DNA of 47,496 bases from Methanobacteriota archaeon (GTDB taxonomy: Archaea; Thermoplasmatota; Poseidoniia; MGIII; CG-Epi1), in the NCBI GenBank assembly GCA_014240055.1, contig JAAZXP010000003.1:10600-58095 (forward strand). The letters are read 5' to 3'. Positions 33,846 through 42,077 of this stretch are shown here, one piece after another. Under the pieces are notes generated by a model. The model was not told where the DNA came from. It was given only the letters and a program-made list of their open reading frames with translations, and did no database searches. The translations under genes and the position numbers were made by a program. Each line of letters opens with the position of its first letter. The first letter of the stretch is position 1.

Positions 33846-34588
33846 TTCTTACTTTTCTCCTTTTTCTCAGGTACTTCTTTACTTTCAGATTCTTCTTTTT
33901 TAGCTTCTGGAGTTTCAACAGGTTTTTCTGTTTTGCTTTCCTCAGCACTTTCTTCTTTAGCTTCAGCTTCTGGAGTTTCAATAACTTCCTCTACTGGTTT
34001 AGCGATAGTAATTTCTGCAGGTAAAACTGCATCAGGTTTCATTATTGCTACTTTCACTCCAATAGTTCCAGGTTTGAGTTTAGCCTGAGCAATACCTACA
34101 TCCATTAATTCCAGTGCAGGTTCTCCGCAGAATTTGATGTGTCCAGATAAGAACTTTTCAGTTCTGTGTCTAAGACCTGTCAATTTCCCAGCAATAGTAA
34201 TTTGACACCCTCGAGCTCCGGCATCCATTATTCTTTGTAACATAGAATTTCCAGCTCTTCTGTAATTCCAACCTCTTTCCAATGCATTTGCTACTTTTGC
34301 AGCCATAATTAGTGGATTTAAAGCGAAACGAGTTACTTCACCAGCTTCAACTTGCAAATTTTCGTATCCGAATTTTCTTTCCAATTCTTCAGTTAATCTT
34401 TGAATATCACTGCCTTTTCTTCCAATTACTAAACCAGGTCTTTCAGCAGCAATTCTAACATGCGTACCTAATGGTGTTCGTTGTATTGAAAGCCCACCGA
34501 AACCAGCTCTAGTTGTTCTCTTTTGTACATGATCATGAACTTGTACTCGGCGTACACGTTCTTTGAGCATTTCTTTGACTATGGTCAT
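33842..34588 (-). CDS. rps3: 30S ribosomal protein uS3
   Basis: TPLGT, RPGLVIGRKG, GARGC, G-x2-GVKV; acidic tail. Confidence 0.97.
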   Translation of the reverse strand: MTIVKEMLKERVRRVQVHDHVQKRTTRAGFGGLSIQRTPLGTHVRIAAERPGLVIGRKGSDIQRLTEELERKFGYENLQVEAGEVTRFALNPLIMAAKVANALERGWNYRRAGNSMLQRIMDAGARGCQITIAGKLTGLRHRTEKFLSGHIKFCGEPALELMDVGIAQAKLKPGTIGVKVAIMKPDAVLPAEITIAKPVEEVIETPEAEAKEESAEESKTEKPVETPEAKKEESESKEVPEKKEKSKK

Positions 34589-35037
34589 TTAATTTCCTCC
34601 AATACTACTTCAATGTTAGCGCTTTCACGCATTTTTGGAGTTGCTCTACCTCTAGCTCTTGGAAATCTACCTTCGAAGGAGACTCCACGAGATGTTGCAA
34701 TATGAACAATTCTCCAATTTTCAATGTCAATATGGATTGCTTCTCCATTATTTCCTGCAGATTCAATTATTTTGAGTATAGCTGCTGCAGTTTTTACAGG
34801 ATATCTTCCTGAGGAAATTCCTTTACCTTTTCTGTGACCTACTTTACCATCATGTCTCTTGAATGGAACTGCTTGATCTAAATCAATTACTCTTTCTAAA
34901 TAACTTTTAGCTTTTTCAAGTTCCATACCTTTCAAGGCATGACATACTTCTCTAGCTGCTTTTGGTGAGATATTCACTCCAACACCGCGAGCCGCAGCAT
35001 GAATTTCGGGATTATACGGGAACGAGAAACCTTTCAT
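34585..35037 (-). CDS. rpl22: 50S ribosomal protein uL22
   Basis: ISPK, VPF, GRYPVK, PRARGRATP. Confidence 0.97.
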   Translation of the reverse strand: MKGFSFPYNPEIHAAARGVGVNISPKAAREVCHALKGMELEKAKSYLERVIDLDQAVPFKRHDGKVGHRKGKGISSGRYPVKTAAAILKIIESAGNNGEAIHIDIENWRIVHIATSRGVSFEGRFPRARGRATPKMRESANIEVVLEEIK

Positions 35038-35041
35038 AACA

Positions 35042-35509
35042 TCACTTCAACGGCATAAATTTAGACGACTTGGTAGCACCGACTCCAGGTCCAGTATGTG
35101 TAGGGGATGTTCTTGTAGGAGCTAATTCTCCAAAGTACAATCCAATCATTTCGGGCATAATTTCTATGCTCACAAATTCTCTTCCATTATGTACGGCAAA
35201 AGTTCTTCCAACAAATTGGGGAACAATTATCATTTCACGACGGTGAGTTCGGAGAACTTTCTCCGGTTTATTATTAGAATCAGTAATTAATTTGGCTTGT
35301 TGTTGACTTAGGCCACGTCTAAAAGTTCTTCTTTGTCTAGATGGAACCATAGTCATAAAATCTTCAAAAGTGAGTTCTTTGAGCTTTTCAATAGTCAATC
35401 CGCGGTAAGTAAATTCTTTCTTACTGCGTACTTGAATACCTGCTTTCCTTTTTCTTTCTCTCCTTCTTGCAGCCTTAGGCGTTGCAAGCCCCTTAGTTCT
35501 TCGTGCCAT
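35042..35509 (-). CDS. rps19: 30S ribosomal protein uS19
   Basis: FTYRG, RTH-x-R, EMIG, ATKSSKFMPLK. Confidence 0.97.
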   Translation of the reverse strand: MARRTKGLATPKAARRRERKRKAGIQVRSKKEFTYRGLTIEKLKELTFEDFMTMVPSRQRRTFRRGLSQQQAKLITDSNNKPEKVLRTHRREMIIVPQFVGRTFAVHNGREFVSIEIMPEMIGLYFGELAPTRTSPTHTGPGVGATKSSKFMPLK

Positions 35510-36207
35510 TAGCGTTTGCCTCCAGTTCTCTTAGCAGCAATGTGTCCCACTTTACGGCCTGGTGGAGCATTTCTTGAAACAGTAGATTGAACACCAACAG
35601 TTTGCTTTCGTCCACTTCCGTGAGGGTGATCAACTGCATTCATTGCAACTCCTCTTACCTTTGGCCAAATCTTTGGCCTAGATCGGTTACGATAGAAATT
35701 TTTCCCAGCCTTTGCAATAGGTTTTTCACCTCTTCCAGAACCTGCGACTTCGCCTACAGTAGCTCTACACATATTGTCTAGCTTCTTTTGGGCTTTAGAT
35801 GGCAATCGAATCGTAGTTTGTTTGCCATGTGAAATAACAGTTGCAGCACCGCCAGCAGCTCGGGCTAATTTCCCGCCATCTCCTGGTTTCATTTCTATAT
35901 TGTAAACTTTAGTTCCTTCTGGTATTGAACCGACATAAGATGTATTTCCAACATCAATTTCAGCACCATGACCTGTGGCAACATCTTGCCCAACGTGCAT
36001 TCCATTATGTGCAATCATAGTGTAGGTTCCATCTTGACCTTCTACCTTAGCAATAGGGGCAGTTCTGCCAGGATCATGCATAAGTTCGAGTACTTTACCA
36101 CTCGATGATTTAGATCTTGGATGTCTTGCCTCACCCTTGAAACGGTTATCCGGAGCTTTGAAACGATGTCCTCGGCCACGTCTTCTAGGTATTATTCGCT
36201 TGCCCAT
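35509..36207 (-). CDS. rpl2: 50S ribosomal protein uL2
   Basis: HDPGRTAP, RAAG, WPKVRGVAMNAVDHPHG. Confidence 0.98.
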   Translation of the reverse strand: MGKRIIPRRRGRGHRFKAPDNRFKGEARHPRSKSSSGKVLELMHDPGRTAPIAKVEGQDGTYTMIAHNGMHVGQDVATGHGAEIDVGNTSYVGSIPEGTKVYNIEMKPGDGGKLARAAGGAATVISHGKQTTIRLPSKAQKKLDNMCRATVGEVAGSGRGEKPIAKAGKNFYRNRSRPKIWPKVRGVAMNAVDHPHGSGRKQTVGVQSTVSRNAPPGRKVGHIAAKRTGGKR

Positions 36208-36211
36208 ATTA

Positions 36212-36466
36212 TCACAGTATTCCTAATCTATTACTCAAGTCTTCAGCAGAACTTCCTTCTGCCAATTTGACTATTGCTAGTTTACCTTCTTTGGTAATTC
36301 TCGTATTAACTTTGCTCACTTCTACTTGGAAAAGAGCTTTCACAGCTCCTTTGATGTCGTGTTTTGAAGCTGTTCGAGCAACATAGAATTCTAATTTGTT
36401 TTGTTCAAGCATGTAAAGAGCTCTTTCTTTAGAACGGGGACTTAGGATTATTTTGTGTTCACTCAT
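36212..36466 (-). CDS. rpl23: 50S ribosomal protein uL23
   Basis: NKL-x-F-x-V, KVNT, K-x-AIVKL, RLGI. Confidence 0.95.
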   Translation of the reverse strand: MSEHKIILSPRSKERALYMLEQNKLEFYVARTASKHDIKGAVKALFQVEVSKVNTRITKEGKLAIVKLAEGSSAEDLSNRLGIL

Positions 36467-37260
36467 AATCTTTTCTCCAATTCAGAAACTGCTGCTTTAC
36501 TGAATACAACTAATCTTCCTGGGTCTCCTCCAGGTGCTAATAATTCAGTATTAAGATCTTTAGAAGTAGTAACATCTACTCCAGATAAGTTACGGAAAGC
36601 ATTTCCAGATCCATTGCTTTTAGAAAGTACAATAAGTATTGATCTTGGAGTCCTATATTTTCGACCTCTTCTCTTTCCTTTTCCAGGCCTGATACCTTTT
36701 CCATCTGTTGATCTATCAATATCTTCACCTAATCCAAGTCCATCTAACAGAGACAAAGCTCTCTTAGTAATTGATTCACCTTCGTGTTCACTAGAAATAC
36801 TTTCAATTTTATTATCTACGACATAAGGTAATGTCACTTTTTCAGGTATAACGTGCCCTCTTGCACTTACATAAGATTGTTGGGTCGTTGCAGCCAAAGC
36901 AGAACGGAAAGCTTTCTTCCTTTCTTTGGAATTTATCTTAATGTCCCATTCTTTTTCAGCTTTAGGAGGGTGCGCTCTTCTTCCACCAATAGTATTTGGG
37001 GCTTCAGCAGCCCTTCCGCCGCCTCCGTTTTTACGAGGAGTACGTGCCATACCTCGACCTTTACCAGGCCATGATACAGAATGACGGTAACCAGCTCTAT
37101 TTGCAGCACCATATGCTTGTCTGCGATTTGCTCTAGCAGATCGAACAGCTCTACGTATTAAATCTAATCTTACAGGTTCTTCAAACGCAGCAGGCAAAGT
37201 TGCCGAGCTCTTCGAAGCTTTACCTTTCATTGAATAAATTGGAACTTTCATTCTAGACAC
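36463..37260 (-). CDS. rpl4: 50S ribosomal protein uL4
   Basis: R-x-DLIRRAV, GGRRAHPP, LLAPGG-x-PGRL. Confidence 0.97.
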   Translation of the reverse strand: MSRMKVPIYSMKGKASKSSATLPAAFEEPVRLDLIRRAVRSARANRRQAYGAANRAGYRHSVSWPGKGRGMARTPRKNGGGGRAAEAPNTIGGRRAHPPKAEKEWDIKINSKERKKAFRSALAATTQQSYVSARGHVIPEKVTLPYVVDNKIESISSEHEGESITKRALSLLDGLGLGEDIDRSTDGKGIRPGKGKRRGRKYRTPRSILIVLSKSNGSGNAFRNLSGVDVTTSKDLNTELLAPGGDPGRLVVFSKAAVSELEKRL

Positions 37261-38263
37261 CCTGCTGGCTCTCTTGTGAGACCATTGTTATTTTAGGTGC
37301 AACGACTGCATTAGCGGCAGAACCATGAAATCGGACTGCTTTTCTAAATCTAATTAGACGTTTGGTTGGACCGGGTAATGAACCGTGCAGTAATGCATAA
37401 GTTCCGCGAATAAGTCCATAATTTAGGAAACCACCTTTAGGATTAATTTCATCCGGGTTGTCTCCAATTTTTAATAATCTTTTATTGTATTCAGTTCTTT
37501 GATGATAGCCAGTTTGTCCAGCTTGTGGAACTGTAGAAACTACATATCCTGGACTGAAAGGACCTAAGTTTCCAATCATTCTGCGGTGTTTAGAGTTCTT
37601 ATGAGTTAGTAATTTTACTCCCCATCTCTTCACATGCCCTTGAAATCCATATCCTGTAGTGACGGCTATAGCATCTAACATTTCACCATCTGCAGCAAAA
37701 TCATTCATTGTGAATTCTTTTCCTAACATATCTTTTGCATAATCAATTTGAGCTTCATTAGATCCTCCGCCGATAGCCATTTCCATGATTTCCGGTCTTT
37801 TCTTTGGTATTCCAGTAACTAATTTTGGTTGAGTTCGAACTAATAGACGAATTTCTTCCAAATCATTTTCTTTCATACTTTTCCAAGAAGCTTTGTTATT
37901 CTGATCTTTAGGTAATGGTAACTTCCGTTCTAGATCTGCATCTAGTTTTGGATCCCATGCTTCAGTAAGTGTTCTTAAACCATATGTGTCTCGAATGTAC
38001 CCTCTAGCTCCAATGACTTTCATTGCAGGTAATTCTACAACAGTTACAGGCATTCTAATTTCTTGTCCAGCTGTAACAGATTTCTTTCTGTAGTCTATAG
38101 CCATAATGTGACTCATGCCTACTTTATATCCAGCAAATCCAAGAATCTTAGGGTCATCACCATCGACAGCAGCCCAACTAGAGATATGTGGCGTTTCAGA
38201 GCGTGCTCTCTTGCGAGGGCTGAAGGCCATAGATCCGCGGTTTGGTTTGTTGTGTTTTGGCAT
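37253..38263 (-). CDS. rpl3: 50S ribosomal protein uL3
   Basis: RGSMAFSPRKRA, GYKVGM-x-H, PQAGQTGYHQRTEYNK. Confidence 0.98.
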   Translation of the reverse strand: MPKHNKPNRGSMAFSPRKRARSETPHISSWAAVDGDDPKILGFAGYKVGMSHIMAIDYRKKSVTAGQEIRMPVTVVELPAMKVIGARGYIRDTYGLRTLTEAWDPKLDADLERKLPLPKDQNNKASWKSMKENDLEEIRLLVRTQPKLVTGIPKKRPEIMEMAIGGGSNEAQIDYAKDMLGKEFTMNDFAADGEMLDAIAVTTGYGFQGHVKRWGVKLLTHKNSKHRRMIGNLGPFSPGYVVSTVPQAGQTGYHQRTEYNKRLLKIGDNPDEINPKGGFLNYGLIRGTYALLHGSLPGPTKRLIRFRKAVRFHGSAANAVVAPKITMVSQESQQGV

Positions 38264-38456
38264 TTTTGTTTACTCTCCATATTGCGCTAACCGTTGCTAA
38301 CGGAAACGAAATCAGGCGTAATTTCCCACATGTTTCACATCGTACCGTGACGCTGTTTCTCGACGAGAACAAGTGTCTCGAGAGGTGTTGGGATAATTGC
38401 CCAAAGCGTCTGGTTGCGTGAATGTAGGGTCGCTCGCACAAACAGACTCTATATAA
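38264..38456 (-). promoter_or_regulatory. Promoter and long structured 5' leader of the r-protein operon
   Basis: TTATATA (minus) at 38450-38456, about 190 nt from the uL3 ATG. Several nested inverted repeats in the GC-richer leader; GGAG SD before the ATG. Confidence 0.6.
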
Positions 38457-38465
38457 GGACTGGCA

Positions 38466-39815
38466 TTATCTTTCCTCGATAAGAGGCTTAGTTTCAAGTT
38501 CTTTTATTCCAAATAGGAAACGTGTAATCTTAGTTCGTTTTACGCATTCAAAGAAGATCCAACAAGTTAATCCTACAAATATAGTGGCTAAAACAACTGC
38601 TGAAATACCATTAAGGCCTAAATTACCGGCAAATATTAGCCCTGCAAAAGTAAGAGGCATATGAACAATATAAAATGGATAAACACCTTGATTCATATAT
38701 GTTAAATTTTCACTAGGTCGATTCAATAAATATGCACTCCAAGAAAAGATAGTTAGACACCAAAACCAAGCATGGAAACTGTGAATTATACAGGCTAAAA
38801 TAGTCATTTTATTATGAATTATCTTATTTTCTAGCCAACCTCCATCTATGTATGGGATTCCTGCATTATGTTGTTCTAATCTCATCCAGACGAAAGCGAG
38901 TGTCCACATTACAGTAAGTACAGTAATTAGAATCCGTTGAGATTCTATAAATTTGTAATAATCGTCTTTCGCAACGATACACATATATCCAAAGGCAAAG
39001 AAACCAAAAAACCAGAACCACTCATACCCCACTCCAATATATCCCTGAACCCATGGTTTGAATATAATTTCAATAAGGACTAAAACAAGCGGAAGTAAGA
39101 AGAATATTCCAATCCCTTTAGGCATAGTAAAAAATGACCTGATAAATCTAATCATTTTCCCATCAGGATTATTTCTTACAATACTAAAAATAGGAATTAG
39201 AAAGAGAGAGTATTGGAATAGATTCCATAGAAACCACAGATGGCCAAGAGCTATAAGTTTTCCAATAAAGGGCACCCAAAAAATTAAGCTTCTCCATATT
39301 ATTCCAATTACAAAGTCCCATATAGTCAAATTTTCATTTTCAGTAAGAACGGATCCGATAAACCCCATTGTCCAAGCTCCAAAAAACATAGGAACAAGAA
39401 GTCGTTTCACCCTTTCCATCAGAAATGTTTTCCACGGTCTTTTGCGAAATGCGAATGCGGTTCCCATGCCTGAAATCATAAACAATCCAGCAAGCCTCCA
39501 TTGGTGCATCCAGTGTAGAAACATACTAGGTAAACTTACAGAATCAGTAGTATAGTCATTCCCGTCTTCAGCAATTTCCCATCTTTCATCCTCATTTAAA
39601 CTATCTAAATCAGGATTAACATTTTCTCCGTAAAGATTCCAGTAAACGCCAATGGCTACATGAAACGGAATTAATAATCCAAATAAGATAACTCTAAGCC
39701 AATCAATATCGTATCTCCTGACTTTTTTTGATGAAGCATATTTGTCATTATCATTACCGCTTCTCCATTTGCGGTATTCATCACTATCTTGTTCTATGTC
39801 TTCGTCTTCAGCCAA
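38466..39815 (-). CDS. Acyltransferase family 3 membrane protein (OpgC/MdoC-like)
   Basis: RRYDIDWLR, PFH, WRL-x2-LF-x-ISG, R-x2-RLLVP, HLWFL, YPFYIVH; TTG start. Confidence 0.88.
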   Translation of the reverse strand: MAEDEDIEQDSDEYRKWRSGNDNDKYASSKKVRRYDIDWLRVILFGLLIPFHVAIGVYWNLYGENVNPDLDSLNEDERWEIAEDGNDYTTDSVSLPSMFLHWMHQWRLAGLFMISGMGTAFAFRKRPWKTFLMERVKRLLVPMFFGAWTMGFIGSVLTENENLTIWDFVIGIIWRSLIFWVPFIGKLIALGHLWFLWNLFQYSLFLIPIFSIVRNNPDGKMIRFIRSFFTMPKGIGIFFLLPLVLVLIEIIFKPWVQGYIGVGYEWFWFFGFFAFGYMCIVAKDDYYKFIESQRILITVLTVMWTLAFVWMRLEQHNAGIPYIDGGWLENKIIHNKMTILACIIHSFHAWFWCLTIFSWSAYLLNRPSENLTYMNQGVYPFYIVHMPLTFAGLIFAGNLGLNGISAVVLATIFVGLTCWIFFECVKRTKITRFLFGIKELETKPLIEER

Positions 39816-39882
39816 ATGTATTCCTCAAGATTCTTCCACAAATCTGCGTTGTTAATGTTATATTTATACTTACTTCAAAAAT

Positions 39883-40071
39883 TTATTTTGAATTAAGAGC
39901 AGGCCATATCATTGTGGTAGCAATAATAACAAAGAGTTGAACTACAACAAATACAACAAAATTAAAGTTAATATCATAAATAAGAGTTATAATCCAAGAA
40001 AGGATCAATGATAGAGCAATACTTCCAATTAGTAGATTTCTAAATCCTACTTGGTCCCAGTTATCAGACGT
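39883..40071 (-). CDS. Small two-TM membrane protein (62 aa), possible ACG start
   Basis: Open frame (T/M)SDNWDQVGFRNLLIGSIALSLILSWIITLIYDINFNFVVFVVVQLFVIIATTMIWPALNSK fills the gap. No ATG/GTG near the 5' end. Confidence 0.5.
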   Translation of the reverse strand, partial: TSDNWDQVGFRNLLIGSIALSLILSWIITLIYDINFNFVVFVVVQLFVIIATTMIWPALNSK

Positions 40072-40826
40072 CCTTCCATCCCTCCTGCGATTTCTACCAC
40101 TTGTCCAGTAGTATGTCCTGAGAGTGAATCAGAGGCTAATATTATGATAGAGTTCGCAACATCTTCTGGACTTGCTAATTTTTTTAGTGACATGGTTGAA
40201 ATAATTCGGTCTACACGTTTTTGATCCAATCCCTTTTCTAACCTTTTTTCACTGACAGTCCACCCTGGCGCTACAGCATTAACTCTCACTCCATCTCCAA
40301 TTTGTGCAGCATCATTCTTTAGCGTTTTTAATAATCCTGAGGTGATTGCACCTTTTGCAGCAGCATAATCTGCATGCCCAGCTTCACCATATATTCCTGC
40401 AGTAGATCCAATAAGAATTAGGGCACCTTTCTTTGTTTCAGAAGCATGCTTTAGAAATTCACGCGCAGTATTGTAAGTTAGAGACAAATTTGTAGAGATT
40501 GTATGATTCCATCGTTCTTCTTCAATTTCCCATATTGGAGCAAATTCTTTTGGATAATTTCCTGCATTTGATATGCAAACATCAATTCTTCCTTCTCTTT
40601 CAATTACTTTACTGAAAAGTTTCTTAGCTTCAGCAGAATTCGTTAAGTCTGCACCAATTGCAGTTCCTTTAATTTCAGTTGCAATTTTTTCAGCATTCTC
40701 TTTTGACTTATTGTAATGAATAATAACTTTTGCACCTTGCTTGGCAAAAGATTTCGAAATCACTGCCCCAATATTTCCAGCACCTCCCGTTACCAGGACG
40801 ATTTTACCATTTAGGTTAGTATTCAT
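40047..40826 (-). CDS. Short-chain dehydrogenase/reductase
   Basis: TGGAGNIG, NAG, YAAAK, RVNAVAPG. Confidence 0.93.
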   Translation of the reverse strand: MNTNLNGKIVLVTGGAGNIGAVISKSFAKQGAKVIIHYNKSKENAEKIATEIKGTAIGADLTNSAEAKKLFSKVIEREGRIDVCISNAGNYPKEFAPIWEIEEERWNHTISTNLSLTYNTAREFLKHASETKKGALILIGSTAGIYGEAGHADYAAAKGAITSGLLKTLKNDAAQIGDGVRVNAVAPGWTVSEKRLEKGLDQKRVDRIISTMSLKKLASPEDVANSIIILASDSLSGHTTGQVVEIAGGMEGRLITGTK

Positions 40827-41995
40827 GTTTCAATTTCAATTGCAGTAGCCATTCCTCCGCCTAAACAGGCAGTAGCAAATCCACGCTTTCCTCGACGAGC
40901 TCTCAAAGCATGAATTAAAGCTAATACAATTCTACAACCAGAAGCGCCAAGTGGATGGCCCATTGCAACTGCTCCACCGTGAACATTTAATTTTTCATGT
41001 TTCAATCCCAATCCTTGCATTACTCCTAAGCAAGCAGATGCAAAAGCTTCATTATGTTCGTAAAGATCATAATCTTGTTGACCATTTCGACCTTGCATTT
41101 TCCATAACTTTTGAACTGCCGGTATTGGTGCAGACATAACATCTTCTGAAGGCACACCCACCGCACAATAGTTGGTAATTGTAGCTAAACATTCTAAATC
41201 TAATTCTTTGGCTTTCTCGCGTGACATTACTAAGCAAGCTGCAGCCCCGTCTGAGATTTGGCTTGCATTTCCTGCAGTTACAACTCCGTTTTCATCAAAC
41301 ACTGGCTTTAATTTTCCTAAAGTTTCCAAACTTGAGTTTGGTCTAATCCCTTCGTCTTTACTCAATATGCCGCCATCGTATTCAACAGGGATGTGATAAC
41401 TTTCAAATGCGCCTTTTTTGTAAGCACTGTGCGCGCGAATATGAGATTCAATTGCAAATAAATCAGCTTCATCTCTAGTAATATTAAATTTTTCAGCAAT
41501 TCGATTTCCAGTTTGAGCCATCACCATTCCGTTAATCGGATCAATTAAACCATCAACCATCATACTATCCATTGGTTTTTCCATGCTTACTCTTCCATCT
41601 TTAGCTCTAGATACTGTAAAAGGAGCTTGAGACATAGATTCCATCCCTCCTACCATCATAACATCGGATTCTCCGGAACGGATAGAGGAAGCTGCCAACA
41701 TTATTGCTTTCATACTAGAGCCACACATTTTGTTTATTGTTAGAGCTGGAATTCTTTCAGGAATGCCTGCTTTCAATGCTGCCTGACGTGCAGGGTGTTG
41801 ACCTAGGCCAGCAGAAAGGACGTTACCCATTATGACTTCATCAATTATTTCAGGATCAACTTTAGTTTGCTCTAAAGTTGCTTTAATTGCTAGAGCTCCT
41901 AAATCTACCGCAGGAGTATCGAAGAGTGCGCCCTTGAATTTCCCTTGAGCCGTTCTAACGCCTCCAACAATCACAACATCTCTAGCATATTCCAT
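40823..41995 (-). CDS. Acetyl-CoA acyltransferase (thiolase)
   Basis: NKMCGSS catalytic Cys, NEAFA, GHPLGASG, CLGGG. Confidence 0.96.
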   Translation of the reverse strand: MEYARDVVIVGGVRTAQGKFKGALFDTPAVDLGALAIKATLEQTKVDPEIIDEVIMGNVLSAGLGQHPARQAALKAGIPERIPALTINKMCGSSMKAIMLAASSIRSGESDVMMVGGMESMSQAPFTVSRAKDGRVSMEKPMDSMMVDGLIDPINGMVMAQTGNRIAEKFNITRDEADLFAIESHIRAHSAYKKGAFESYHIPVEYDGGILSKDEGIRPNSSLETLGKLKPVFDENGVVTAGNASQISDGAAACLVMSREKAKELDLECLATITNYCAVGVPSEDVMSAPIPAVQKLWKMQGRNGQQDYDLYEHNEAFASACLGVMQGLGLKHEKLNVHGGAVAMGHPLGASGCRIVLALIHALRARRGKRGFATACLGGGMATAIEIET

Positions 41996-42077
41996 TGATT
42001 TTTACTCAGATAGCGGCTGACTAAAATAGCTTCGCAAGTATTAAGAAAACCTATACTAGGGACAGATAGCAGAAAAC

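Noticed and set aside
38196-38497. Short ORFs (81 and 61 aa, one with CETC) upstream of uL3
   Set aside because: They overlap uL3 or the promoter and lack supporting signals; the region is better explained as a structured leader.
39874-39892. Inverted repeat TTCAAAA/TTTTGAA as terminator or operator
   Set aside because: AT-rich 7-bp stem, easily arises by chance.
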